A stretch of 64,000 nucleotides of DNA from Macrostomum hystrix (Eukaryota > Animalia > Platyhelminthes): assembly GCA_950097015.1 (NCBI GenBank), contig CATNEN010000041.1, forward strand, positions 1,984,001 to 2,048,000, in the 5' to 3' direction. Shown here one piece after another: positions 1-12,010 of the stretch. A program made the translations under genes and the position numbers. Positions within the stretch are counted from its first letter, which is position 1. The number at the start of each line of letters is the position of its first letter. The notes under the pieces were generated by a model, which was not told the DNA's origin, did not search any database, and saw only the letters and a program-made list of their open reading frames with translations.

Positions 1-614
1 TCGCGAGTCGCCGAATTCAGATTCGACCAGTTCGGGAGCCGCTAAATTGCTGAGTCGGAAAGTGGATTGCTGAGTGGATTAGCTCCCTGGTTTTCAGGAA
101 AAAATTAAAAACCGATTTAAGCATTTTGCAGCTACTCACAGTAGGCAGGGCGAAGTCGGCGAAATTTCGACTCACCGAGAGGCAAAAACTTTTGACTTTA
201 TTCAGTCTGCAGTTCCAGAGCCACGGCTAGGGCACACAGTGAGTGTACATTTCAGAGTCTTCTTGGCTTGGCGGGTTTAATTGCCGTAAATTTTATCCAG
301 CTCAGGGACAGAGAGATGAGGCTGGCCATGCGGCTGCTGTGCAGTTCGCAATGCAGTTTTTAGTTTAATTCGGACTGCATTTGTGAGAATAGAGAGAGTA
401 CGCTGCCAAGCTCAAAACCCACCCACCGAATCGAGCGCCGCCCGTGCTGCCCGAGTGCTCAGCCCCCCTGCCCGTCTCTTTCGTCTCTCCTACCGCTTTG
501 AGTCAGCTCAAGCTTATGCCCAAATGGAGAACTCATCGCAATGGCGTCTATTTCGTATTTCAGTGAGCGCCTCGCGTGAGTTTGGCCGCACCGAGTGGAC
601 AGCTCTTCCCCCAG

Positions 615-3600
615 CAAGCAAACAGCACCGGCTCCGTCATGCAGCGGGATGTGGACAACTTCCGTGGTCAGTTTTCGGTGAGTGTACAAGCATTGCTGAG
701 TTAATTAGTCCGAGTCTCTCCAGACTGCCTGCACTGCGAACTCCCCGCCATTGCAGAGTCTGGTTCGGAACATCGAGGACCGAGTCGACGATCTGGTTGC
801 CCAGACCAAAGTGGACCGGCAGCTCAAACAGCTCAACCAGCAGGAGACAGCGGCTGAATGGTCCGACAAACAGGTAGCACGGCGTAACACCTTGAGGCCA
901 CCACCCTGACTGATCCTTCAGTGCATCAGCTACCATCCTGACTGATCCTTCAGTGCATCAGCCACCACCCTGACTGATCCTTCAGTGCATCAGCCACCAT
1001 CCTGACTGATCCTTCAGTGCATCAGCCACCACCCTGACTGATCCTTCCGTGCATCAGCCACCACCCTGACTGATCCTTCAGTGCATCAGCCACCACCCTG
1101 ACTGATCCTTCAGTGCATCAGCCACCACCCTGACTGATCCTTCCGTGCATCAGCCACCACCCTGACTGATCCTTCCGTGCATCAGCCACCACCCTGACTG
1201 ATCCTTCAGTGCTACTACCACCCTGACAGCCAGCCTCCCCACATGCCGGCATTTCAGAACTCGCTGTCCGCCCTTAAGTCCGACTGGCAGCGAGTGAAGA
1301 ACCTGGCCAAGTGCCTGGACAGGCAGATGGAGCACCAGTCCAATTATCACCTGGTGAGGCAGGCTGTGAGTAGAGTAAGTGGAATCCAGAGTTCTCACTG
1401 AACCAATGCACTTCTCCGCAGTTCTACCAGACCCTGAAGGAGTACCAGACCAGCCTGGAGGCGTCATTCGCGACTTTCAGGGCGGGTCTGACTGGAAAAC
1501 AGTTCTCAGGCACCAAGGACGAGGCCAAGTGGCTGTTCGATAAGATGCAGGTGAGATTAAGAGGCCAAATAAAAATATTAATGATTGCAGGAGGGCTGCG
1601 GACAAAGCCATACCATCTGGTGAGACTAGACCTGCAGCCAGCGAGAAGGTCAATTATTCCCATTTCGCCGACTCCTGAGCACACACGCACACAGATACTG
1701 TACGCAGGCATCGCTCACACGGGTGTGTACATCTCACTGTGTACATCTGCCCTGACTTTCTATTCGTTAGGCAGTGCACACTTCACTGTGCCTTGGAGGT
1801 TGGCCCTCAAGGACGTAAATTGCACGACTATCCCCCCAAGCCTTCTCTCCGCAGCTGCGCCCCAAATGAATGTGGCCTCGCCGTTGAATCGAGCTCATGG
1901 ACCTTGGTGCGAGTGGCAAACACGTTACTGCTCTGCCACTCACCCCTACTGAAAATATAAGCTCCAAAATTAGCTTCGCTTTTTGTAAACCAACAACGCA
2001 GGCTCTCATCACGGCCGTGCTGCAATGGTGGCAGCGAATTGACAGCCTCATCATTCAGAGCCGCAAGGTGCTGCCCATGGCCATCCGGCTGGGCCCTCTG
2101 GACATGAAGCGGCCCGGCAAAGTGCTGGTGGACTTCGAAACCGAAGGGGTGAGTGACAATGACGGGGTGACAGGGTTGGGTGACGCTGACGAGGTGGGTG
2201 CCGCTGACGGGGTGGTGACGCTGATGGGGTGGGTGACGCTGACGGGGTGGGTGACGCTCTCGGGAGGTGACGCAGCTAACAAGTACGCACAGCTGCTGAC
2301 TGAACTACTCGCAGATGCTCCTGAAGGCCAACGACGATGTGTTTGTGGTGGACACGGCTGACAGAGACTTCTGGACGGTGGAGACGACCCGCGGGCAGTC
2401 GCTCAGGCTGCCATCCATGTGCATCGCGATCAGCGGCCCGGACCCGGAGGTCATGGAGCGGTCGCTCTCAGTGCGAACCTTCCTTCTCGCTGATTGGACG
2501 GCCACGCTGAGGGAAGTTGGCAGGTCGCTCGTGAGCTTCACACTCAGCGTCTTCCGGCAGATACGCACCACCGAGGTAGGCTTTGAGCAGAGTACTCGGG
2601 ATAATCAGAGTAGATTGTTTCAGAGGCTCACAATGACGCTCTGAGGTCAGGATTTCGATGGGATCAGGATTAAGATTTCTATTGAACCAGAGTCTGCCGC
2701 GCCCGCCGTAGGTGCAGCTGCCCACAGAGGGCAGCCTGGACGGCCAGGAGCTGCAGCCGCTGCTGGGCCTGATGGAGAAGCTGCTGCAGACCTACTGGAC
2801 GCGGAACCCGGACTTCCAGGACATGGCAGAGCGGATCAGCAAGGCCCGGGTGTCCCTGGCCATCTGCGATGACCCGCAGGACATCGATGACTGTACTCAT
2901 ATCGACATCAGTGAGCATTTTTCTACCAATTTGTGCACTGCGGCTTTGAGTATAGCCTTGTTGAGTAAATTCACCAATAGAAATGCTAATTAGAAATGCT
3001 CCCTGACTTCTTCTGATATTTCTGGTGGAAAATTCGCTCATAAAGTAGTTGAGCTGACCTGAAAGTAAAAATTTTCCAATTTAACTTGAATTTTAATGAG
3101 CGCTTTATGAATAATGTGCCACCTTGAAATGAGAATTTGCGCCTCCACTGACACCCTGTTCCTGCAGCTCAGTACTCACCCACTGCTCCGCAGACACCCT
3201 GTTCCTGCAGCTCAGTACACACCCACTGCTCCGCAGACACCCTGTTCCTGCAGCCCAGTACTCACCCACTGCTCCGCAGACACCCTGTTCCTGCAGCTCA
3301 GTACTCACCCACTGCTCCGCAGACACCCTGTTCCTGCAGCCCAGTACTCACCCACTGCTCCGCAGACACCCTGTTCCTGCAGCTCAGTACTCACCCACTG
3401 CTCCGCAGACACCCTGTTCCTGCAGCTCAGTACTCACCCACTGCTCCGCAGACACCCTGTTCCTGCAGCTCAGTACTCACCCACTGCTCCACTGACACCC
3501 TGTTCCTGCAGCCCAGTACTCACCCACTGCTCCGCAGACACCCTGTTCCTGCAGCTCAGTACTCACCCACTGCTCCACTGACACCCTGTTCCTGCAGCTC

Positions 3601-4240
3601 AGTACACACCCACTGCTCCGCAGACACCCTGTTCCTGCACCCCAGTACTCACCCACTGCTCCGCAGACACCCTGTTCCTGCAGCTCAGTACTCACCCACT
3701 GCTCCACTGACACCCTGTTCCTGCAGCTCAGTACACACCCACTGCTCCGCAGACACCCTGTTCCTGCAGCTCAGTACTCACCCACTGCTCCGCAGACACC
3801 CTGTTCCTGCAGCTCAGTACTCATCCACTGCTCCGCAGACACCCTGTTCCTGCAGCTCAGTACTCACCCACTGCTCCGCAGACACCCTGTTCCTGCAGCT
3901 CAGTACTCACCCACTGCTCCGCAGACACCCTGTTCCTGCAGCTCAGCCCGCACGCCATGGCCGGCGGAGACTCTGGCGAGTCTGACGGAATGAACCAAAA
4001 GATGCTCACGCTGCTCATGCGCAAATATCAGGAGCTGCTGAAGTACTGGGAGGTTTACAAGGTTTTAGTGGAGACCTCCAATGATCCTAACTATTTCTGG
4101 ATGATGGAGGAGTTTCAGAAGCTGCGCTACATCAATGTCACCGAGCTGCTTAAGTAAGCTGCTTGACTGACTGACTGACTGACTGACTGACTGACTGACT
4201 GACTGACTGACTGACTGACTGGCTGACTGACTGACGGACT

Positions 4241-4272
<32 letters not shown>

Positions 4273-4304
4273 GACTGACTGACTGACTGACTGACTGACG
4301 GACT

Positions 4305-4336
<32 letters not shown>

Positions 4337-4376
4337 GACTGACTGACTGACTGACTGACTGACTGACTGGCTGACT

Positions 4377-4408
<32 letters not shown>

Positions 4409-4464
4409 GACTGACTGACTGACTGACTGACTGACTGGCTGACTGACTGACTGACTGACTGACT

Positions 4465-4496
<32 letters not shown>

Positions 4497-6313
4497 GACT
4501 GACTGACTGACTGACTGACTGACATCCCCTGTCTCTTCCAGCTTCCTCGCCAGCGAGGACAAGGAGACGTGGCTGCACTACATCCACCAGATGATGTCCC
4601 GGTCCAGCCGCGGCACCCCGGAGCCGGTCGTGACCCCAGTGGGACTCGAACAGGACCTCGACCTGAGACCCGAGGACGACCTTCGGCTGCCAGCAACCGG
4701 CGTACCTTCGAGGGTGCTTCTCGATGCCACCGACGGCCGGACCTTCTTGCAGTCGGGCTGGAAGCCTCAGGTTGGCGAGCGAGTCACGGCGGAGCTTATT
4801 ATTCAGACGGACGCTGAAGGTAAGACTCCAGTCCAGGCGAAACAAAGAAGACTAGCGAGTGGCTGAGAATGGTTAAGAATGGTTTAGAATGGAATGCCAA
4901 ACGCGGGCAATAGGATAAAAGTACGGCTTGTAGATAACTGTAAACTTACTCATCTAACCTCAGGTGACTCCAACGGTGACATCGTCCAGGAGCCGTCGGA
5001 CCAGCATCCAGCAAGCTTTCTCAGCACAATGAACCTGCAGGTAAACACCACCGTCGCAACTGCGGACCAGCCGGCTGAGTCGTCCTCGACCCCGCCCGGA
5101 CCCGTCAGCGCGGCCACAGAGTCAGAAAGAGCAGCCGAAATTGAGGAGTTCAAGCGAGACGAGGTGGAGCAGAACTCGCGCATGGTGATCAGCGGCGTGG
5201 TGGACACCCTGGACGGTGCCACGCTGTCCATGCAGGAGGCCATTCAGAAGGGCATCATTCACTCGGAGTCCGGCTCGTACCTGAACAGGGCCAGCAACAC
5301 CTGGATTCCCATTCCTGTGGCGCTCTCGGAGGGTGAGTTGGAGCAGTCCATGTTTGATGTGACGATTCGAAGACTTTGACTCGCTTGTCTAAGCTGGAGA
5401 CTTGAGGTGTGTGTGTGTGTCTGTCTGTGTGCTTCTGGGTGTGTTGATGATTTTCCCAACACCATCCTCATCTCGATCCCAACCATACTCACCTTGATCC
5501 AACCATACTCACTTTGATCCCAACCATGCTCACCTTGATCTCAAACATTCTAACCTAGATCCCAACCATGCTCACCTTGATCCCAAACATTCTAATCTTG
5601 ATCCCAAACATTCTGAACTCGATCCTAACCAGCCCCACCTGGACGGTGCCACGTCCCAACCATCCTCACCTCCAGGCCTGATTCTAGTTGAGCACCGGAC
5701 GGACGAGCAGCGCGAGGTGAAGAAGCAGCAAGAGTACGGCATCCTTACCATCAAAGGCGGCGGTCGCGGCGGTGGCGGTGGCGGCCGTCCGTCCTTCGTG
5801 GTCACAGCAGTTCACGACCGCCTTCGTCGGTCAAAGTTGACGCCGGCGGAGGCGCAGAGCAGCGGACTGGCGGACGCCACGCTGGAGCGGTTCCTGGACA
5901 CGCAGCATGGCGAGTGGTTGGAGCTCAGCCAAGCCGCTGACCGCGGCCTCATCGAGTACGACGTCGGAACGACCGGCGGCAACAGCGGCACCGACGCTGG
6001 CGACAGCGGCGACGTGAGCTATGTCATTTACAGCGTGGTGGACACCTCCGAGAAGACGAGCGTCTCGTTCAAGGAGGCCCGCGGGCTGGGCCTAATCGAC
6101 GTTGACGAAGGAGTCTTCGTCAACCGCCAGACTGGCGAACGCCTGGATCTCGACGAGGCCGTCAAGCGGGGCTTCTTGAAGGCGGACCGGATGACGGGGC
6201 CAGTGTCCCAGGTGGCCGGAGCCGAGGACCGCGTTGTTGTCAACCGGCTGCGCAACGCCAGGACCCGCCTGCGTGGCGCAATGAAGGCCATGCGAGGATT
6301 CGGCGGGAACTGA
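615..6313 (+). CDS. Plakin-family cytolinker (spectrin-like plakin segment with embedded SH3, C-terminal plectin/plakin repeats); 5'-partial, multi-exon
   Basis: Phase-consistent GT-AG exons read by hand: 615-677, 757-873, 1258-1353, 1422-1550, (unresolved small exon(s) in 1591-1950), 2002-2148, 2315-2575, 2712-2910, 3925-4153, 4542-4819, 4964-5332, 5676-6313 (TGA). The segment RKVLPMAIR..KVLVDFETEGMLLKANDDVFVVDTADRDFWTVETTRGQSLRLPSMCIAISGPDPEV parallels the plectin SH3 region (VVQLKPR..VCDYKQ..WKV..VPSVCF..PPN); ISGVVDTLDGATLSMQEAIQKGII and GLIDVDEGVFVNRQTGERLDLDEAVKRGFL are plectin-repeat-like. Confidence 0.85.
897..1225 (+). repeat. Intronic minisatellite, 32-35 bp unit CCACCCTGACTGATCCTTCAGTGCATCAGCCA
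   Basis: About 10 tandem copies between plakin exons 757-873 and 1258-1353. Confidence 0.95.
2150..2280 (+). repeat. Degenerate intronic GGGTGACGCTGACGGGGT repeat
   Basis: Several imperfect copies directly after the donor at 2149. Confidence 0.7.
3147..3946 (+). repeat. 43-bp minisatellite ACACCCTGTTCCTGCAGCTCAGTACTCACCCACTGCTCCGCAG overlapping the 3' splice site of plakin exon 3925
   Basis: About 18-19 copies; the last copy runs into coding sequence (..CTCAGCCCGCACGCCATG). Confidence 0.97.
4165..4522 (+). repeat. (GACT)n microsatellite, intronic
   Basis: About 90 copies with occasional GACG/GGCT variants; ends about 19 nt before the acceptor at 4541. Confidence 0.98.
5455..5630 (+). repeat. 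Degenerate ~21-bp intronic repeat ATCCCAACCATACTCACCTTG
   Basis: About 8 imperfect copies in the last plakin intron. Confidence 0.85.
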
Positions 6314-6869
6314 GGCTGCGGACCTGCTCGCTGTGTCCTGCACTTTATATTTATTAGTCAGTGTGCTATTGGAGACGCTCAGACATTTGAAACCGCGCTC
6401 CTTCTGGTTCCACCGACGCCCGGCTTGGACTCATCTGGCATCACGCTTCATGGTAACAAAGCTAGTTCCCTTTTGGCACCGATTGAAAATCATTCTGGTT
6501 TCATAGGAAATAAGTAAAACTAAATTTATGCATTGACACTGCGCGTACACAAAATACTACTTAGGCATGTTTTCTAAGAATTCCTTTGACCAAATACTTC
6601 CATTGTCATTTTGCCTAGCTTTGTTCCATTTTAGAATTCGAATTTTTAAAGGATTCTCCTGCCCCCAGTCTCCCCTTATTTTCATAAAAGAAATACATCA
6701 CGGCACATTCAACTGCTCCTGCTTCTAACTGCTATGTTAATTTATCATGTCATTTGGACTGTTGATCTGTCCAATGTCTGCTTACAAATATATATTTAAC
6801 AAAAAATATTAACATATTCAAGCCGCGCCTTGTTACTTACTCCTTGGAAGTCGATGTGAGCGAGGAGGT

Positions 6870-7200
6870 GGGTAACATAGGTGACACAGGTGAGTAATGA
6901 TAGCTCACAGGCGACACAGGTGAGGAATGATAGCACACAGATGACACAGGTGAGGAATGATACAGTTGACACAGGTGAGGAATGATACAGTTGACACAGG
7001 TGAGGAAGGATAGCTCACAGGTGAGGAAGGATTGCATACAGGTAACACAGGTGAGGAAGGATAACTCACAGGTGAGGAAGGATAGCTCACAGGTGAGGAA
7101 AGATAGCTCACAGGTGAGGAGGGATAGCTCACAGGTGAGGAAGGATAGCTCACAGGTGAGTAAGGATTGCTCACAGGTGACACAAGTGAGGAAGTATTGC
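6870..7200. repeat. ~21-bp minisatellite CACAGGTGAGGAAGGATAGCT
   Basis: Tandem imperfect copies; explains spurious ORFs 6837-7284. Confidence 0.9.
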
Positions 7201-7300
7201 ATACTGGTGACACGGTGGGTGTTTTTTCTGTTGCTGTTACGAAAAAAGATTATTTACCCATCACTTCTACTAGCAGTAGAATAATAGAGCCGAAGCACAA

Positions 7301-7534
7301 TAGCAGCCCTCTCGCAAACGTCACTGGTGTCCGCGCGTAGCACGCGAAAGCCGCGCTCATTTCTTTTTTCAAACTACGAGCGTAGGAAAATTCCAAAACT
7401 CCTACAGAAACTCCTACGTTGGCCTGACTGCGTGAAGCAAATTGCTCAGCCGAATCGGCAATTTGAATTTTTAAAAAATTTCTCTATCGCAGAGTTGCAT
7501 AGTCCTAAAAGATAATTTCATGCGAGAGGCTGCT
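7301..7534. mobile_element. Possible small non-autonomous element with terminal inverted repeats
   Basis: AGCAGCCCTCTCGCA at ~7302-7316 is the near reverse complement of TGCGAGAGGCTGCT at ~7521-7534 (1-nt indel); no clear TSD. Confidence 0.35.
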
Positions 7535-7796
7535 GGCTGGCCGTTTTTTAATTTCCGCATTGCCAGCCATTAAATAATTCTGCTCCACGGCTCTCCACTG
7601 CGCGATTGCTGATTTCCTTTCCGCACCCTTCTAGAAACCTTAATTTCTGTTTTCCATTTAATGACTCAGTCAGGAAAAATGAAATCTGGGACACTGCGGG
7701 CAGTCTTCTAGTATCTCTAGAGGTTGAAAATTAATGGCCGACATTCTCTGTCAGCCACTTCCTCTCAGCCGCGACCTCCGCTCTCAGCTGCAGTGC

Positions 7797-8046
7797 CCTC
7801 TCCTCTCCTCTCCTCTCCTCTCCTCTCCTCTCCTCTCCTCTCCTCTCCTCTCCTCTCCTCTCCTCTCCTCTCCTCTCCTCTCCTCTCCTCTCCTCTCCTC
7901 TCCTCTCCTCTCCTCTCCTCTCCTCTCCTCTCCTCTCCTCTCCTCTCCTCTCCTCTCCTCTCCTCTCCTCTCCTCTCCTCTCCTCTCCTCTCCTCTCCTC
8001 TCCTCTCCTCTCCTCTCCTCTCCTCTCCTCTCCTCTCCTCTCCTCT
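7797..8046. repeat. (CTCCT)n microsatellite
   Basis: About 50 perfect copies. Confidence 0.99.
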
Positions 8047-8457
8047 TCACTACTCATTCTGTATGTCCTATTTTCCTCGATCTGTTCGTCCACCTCTTTT
8101 GCCTTCCTTTCTTCTTTGCCTCTTCTCCACCCCATTGCTTCCATCACTTCACCCTCTCCCTAGCTATTTTCTCCATGCGCAGAATTCTTCCCCTCCACTT
8201 GGCTCCGCAGCTCCACCCCAGGCATAATTGCGAACCCATCATCTGTGAGCCCGCCATTGGCCTCAATGGCCAGTGGGAGACGGGCAAAGAATATTCTCTC
8301 CCATCCCCACTTCCCTGCTCTCGAATCGCTAACGATGACTCAGAGGAGATCCCAGCCGCAGCTTTCAGAGGATCTCAAGCACTCAAGCAATAGGTTTAAG
8401 CTTTTTAAGACCCTTTAGCTTCCACTCTTTGGCACTCTCTGATCCCGTCACTCCACT

Positions 8458-8528
8458 ATGTCACTCAGCACAAACAAAATTCACTTTCTATCTTTCAGCT
8501 CAAAAGCCACGAGCTACATACATTGAGT
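8458..8528 (+). repeat. 71-bp dispersed direct repeat, copy 1 (copy 2 at 10967-11037)
   Basis: ATGTCACTCAGCACAAACAAAATTCACTTTCTATCTTTCAGCTCAAAAGCCACGAGCTACATACATTGAGT; one mismatch to copy 2. Confidence 0.95.
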
Positions 8529-8571
8529 ACCGGATGAATCTAGAGCTGTACCAGTTAGCAGCTGCTTGGCT

Positions 8572-9052
8572 CCCCACCTCTCCCCTCTCAATCTCCCCCT
8601 TCTCAATCTCCCCCTTCTCAATCTCTCCCCTCTCCACCTCTCGCCTCTCAATCTCCCCCTTCTCAATCTCTCCCCTCTCCACCTCTCCCCTCTCAATCTC
8701 CCCCTTCTCAATCTCTCCCCTCTCCACCTCTCGCCTCTCAATCTCCCCCTTCTCAATCTCTCCCCTCTCCACCTCTCGCCTCTCAATCTCCCCCTTCTCA
8801 ATCTCTCCCCTCTCCACCTCTCGCCTCTCAATCTCCCCCTTCTCAATCTCTCCCCTCTCCACCTCTCCCCTCTCAATCTCCCCCTTCTCAATCTCTCCCC
8901 TCTCCACCTCTCGCCTCTCAATCTCCCCCTTCTCAATCTCTCCCCTCTCCGCCTCTCGCCTCTCAATCTCCCCCTTCTCAATCTCTCCCCTCTCCACCTC
9001 TCCCCTCTCAATCTCCCCCTTCTCAATCTCTCCCCTCTCCATATCTCCCCTT
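8572..9052. repeat. Pyrimidine-rich minisatellite (~15-bp subunits in a 45-bp period)
   Basis: TCTCCCCTCTCCACCTCTCGCCTCTCAATCTCCCCCTTCTCAATC repeated about 10 times. Confidence 0.95.
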
Positions 9053-10157
9053 TAATTTCTAATTCCCTATCCTCTAATTGCCTCTAATTTCTCCCCTCTC
9101 ATTTTCGGCATCTCACTTTTTGCCTCACCTCTCGCCTCTTTCATTTCTCTCCCATCTCATCTCTCCCTTCTCGTGTCTCCTCTCATTTCTCCGCTGCCCA
9201 TCGCTCTGCTTTCAAATGAGGCTTAAAATGCTGGCTGAATAATTCAGCACCTCAGATCTCTGTGGCAGTTTCCATGCACATTTGTCCTCTGGCTGCGTCA
9301 GTCCCCGAGTCCTGCAGGCAGAGAGCAATAATGTGAGAACTGCGCAGCGAGACGCCTGTGTTTGCCCCGTCACGCTCGCCTCTCACCGGGTGGCGGACGC
9401 TCGCTGTCGAGCCACGAACAGCACTCAGCCCGCCGCGGGTGTTACGCAATGAGCTGCTAGCCGACTGTGTTCTGGGAGAAGAGCTGAGCAAAGAAAAATT
9501 GGAGGAGAGCGACTCTCTAGCTGTGAAACTTTCTCTGTGGGTTTCTTATTGAGTTCCCAGCCAGCACTGATGATTAATGCGCCAGCAGCCAGTACAGCTT
9601 ATTCACAATGCCAGCTCTTCTGAATGAAGGTCAGCGGCTTGTCAATTTGCAGAGGCCTGTCTGCCTGCCATATCTAATTCGTGGGAATATTGTCCCCTTG
9701 ACTGAAATCTGGATTAATCCTGCAGGACAATGATATCCAGGCTTTTCACAGTTGCCTCCCCATCCCCTTATCGCCAGGATCCCATCTGTCACAAGGTGCC
9801 CGCCCGCATCCCCTAAGGCTGAGTCACTGGTTAGCGAGGCTGAAAACTTTATTATTTACACATACGAGGCTGCAGCCCCCTGCCCAAATATCCCAACGCA
9901 ACCTACCCCACCTGAGCCCCGCATGCGAAGTGTTAAGGGGATCTGCCAGGCGGATAAGCTGATTAACGCATGCGACCCTGGATGCTGCGGCATCATAACC
10001 AGGCAGCCCGCAGTTCCCATGCCTGCCCAGGCAATGAATTCTGCGAAGTGGGTCACAAGCCGCAGAGGGACCAAATCATCAGCTTTTAATTGACTAATGC
10101 AGAAACAAAGCGCTTACGAACTGGCCTCTGCAAAAGGGATCACACAGGGATCATAGC

Positions 10158-10570
10158 ACCATGTCTAACAGGCTAGCATCATGTCTAACAGGCTAGCATC
10201 ATGTCTAACAGGCTAGCATCATTTCTAACAGGCTTGAATCATGTCTAACAGGCTAGCATCATGTCTAACAGGCTAGCATCATGTCTAACAGGCTAGCATC
10301 ATGTCTAACAGGCTAGCATCATGTCTAACAGGCTAGCATCATGTCTAACAGGCTAGCATCATGTCTAACAGGCTAGCATCATGTCTAACAGGCTAGCATC
10401 ATGTCTAACAGGCTAGCATCATGTCTAACAGGCTAGCATCATGTCTAACAGGCTAGCATCATGTCTAACAGGCTAGCATCATGTCTAACAGGCTAGCATC
10501 ATGTCTAACAGGCTAGCATCATGTCTAACAGGCTAGCATCATGTCTAACAGGCTAGCATCATGTTTAACA
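10158..10570. repeat. 20-bp minisatellite CATCATGTCTAACAGGCTAG
   Basis: About 20 near-perfect copies. Confidence 0.98.
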
Positions 10571-10966
10571 GTCAAAGCGCCGATCTTTGCCAAGCTTGTA
10601 ACACTCGGAAAATCTTTCTGAGAGGCAATTTCCGTGTACGAGCTCTTGCTGCGCCTAAATAAAGTGAGACAACAAAAGCAAAATGTTTAATTAAATTGAC
10701 GACTAAAGTTGCGCATGGCTGACTCAACACTAACAATTCTGCTAAAATCTCTTTGCACAAATCTCTAAAACCAGAACCGGATTTAGAAACCGGATCTCGA
10801 CTTCCCCTGCACGCGACTACCTGCTTTCAATTCACAAAAAATCTTCAGCAAATCCCCCCTCAAAGCTTGGTTGCAGAAAGGCAGATAAAAGGAACAGCAG
10901 CGGTAAGCCTAAGAATGCACACCTGCAAGGGCCATTCTACCATCCATCCACTATAGATGGTAGTGG

Positions 10967-11037
10967 ATGTCACTCAGCACAGACAAAATTCACTTTCTAT
11001 CTTTCAGCTCAAAAGCCACGAGCTACATACATTGAGT
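10967..11037 (+). repeat. 71-bp dispersed direct repeat, copy 2
   Basis: Matches 8458-8528 at an offset of 2509 nt. Confidence 0.95.
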
Positions 11038-11046
11038 TAAATATAT

Positions 11047-12010
11047 CCATTTGAGTCCTCTGTCACCCTTTTGAGTCCCCTGTCACCCATTTGAGTCCCC
11101 TGTCACCCATTTGAGTCCCCTGTCACCCATTTGAGTCCCCTGTCACCCATTTGAGTCCCCTGTCACCCATTTGAGTCCCCTGTCACCCATTTGAGTCCCC
11201 TGTCACCCATTTGAGTCCTCTGTCACCCTTTTGAGTTCCCTGTCACCCATTTGAGTCCCCTGTCACCCATTTGAGTCCCCTGTCACCCATTTGAGTCCCC
11301 TGTCACCCATTTGAGTCCCCTGTCAGCCATTTGAGTCCCCTGTCAGCCATTTGAGTCCCCTGTCAGCCATTTGAGTCCCCTGTCAGCCATTTGAGTCCCC
11401 TGTCAGCCATTTGAGTCCCCTGTCACCCATTTGAGTCCCCTGTCACCCATTTGAGTCCACTGTCAGCCATTTGAGTCCCCTGTCACCCATTTGAGTCCCC
11501 TGTCACCCATTTGAGTCCGCTGTCACCCATTTGAGTCCCCTGTCACCCATTTGAGTCCCCTGTCACCCATTTGAGTCCCCTGTCAGCCATTTGAGTCCCC
11601 TGTCAGCCATTTGAGTCCCCTGTCAGCCATTTGAGTCCCCTGTCAGCCATTTGAGTCCCCTGTCAGCCATTTGAGCCCCCTGTCACCCATTTGAGTCCAC
11701 TGTCAGCCATTTGAGTCCCCTGTCAGCCATTTGAGTCCCCTGTCAGCCATTTGAGTCCCCTGTCACCCATTTGAGTCCGCTGTCACCCATTTGAGTCCCC
11801 TGTCAGCCATTTGAGTCCCCTGTCAGCCATTTGAGTCCCCTGTCAGCCATTTGAGTCCCCTGTCAGCCATTTGAGTCCCCTGTCAGCCATTTGAGTCCCC
11901 TGTCAGCCATTTGAGCCGCCTGTCACCCATTTGAGTCCACTGTCAGCCATTTGAGTCCCCTGTCAGCCATTTGAGTCCCCTGTCAGCCATTTGAGTCCCA
12001 TGTCACCCAT
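11047..12010. repeat. 20-bp minisatellite CATTTGAGTCCCCTGTCA(C/G)C
   Basis: About 48 copies in two main variants (CACC/CAGC). Confidence 0.98.

Noticed and set aside
5637-5653. 16-nt intronic copy (CCTGGACGGTGCCACG) of exon sequence 5208-5223
   Set aside because: Real but too short to interpret; probably a templated insertion.
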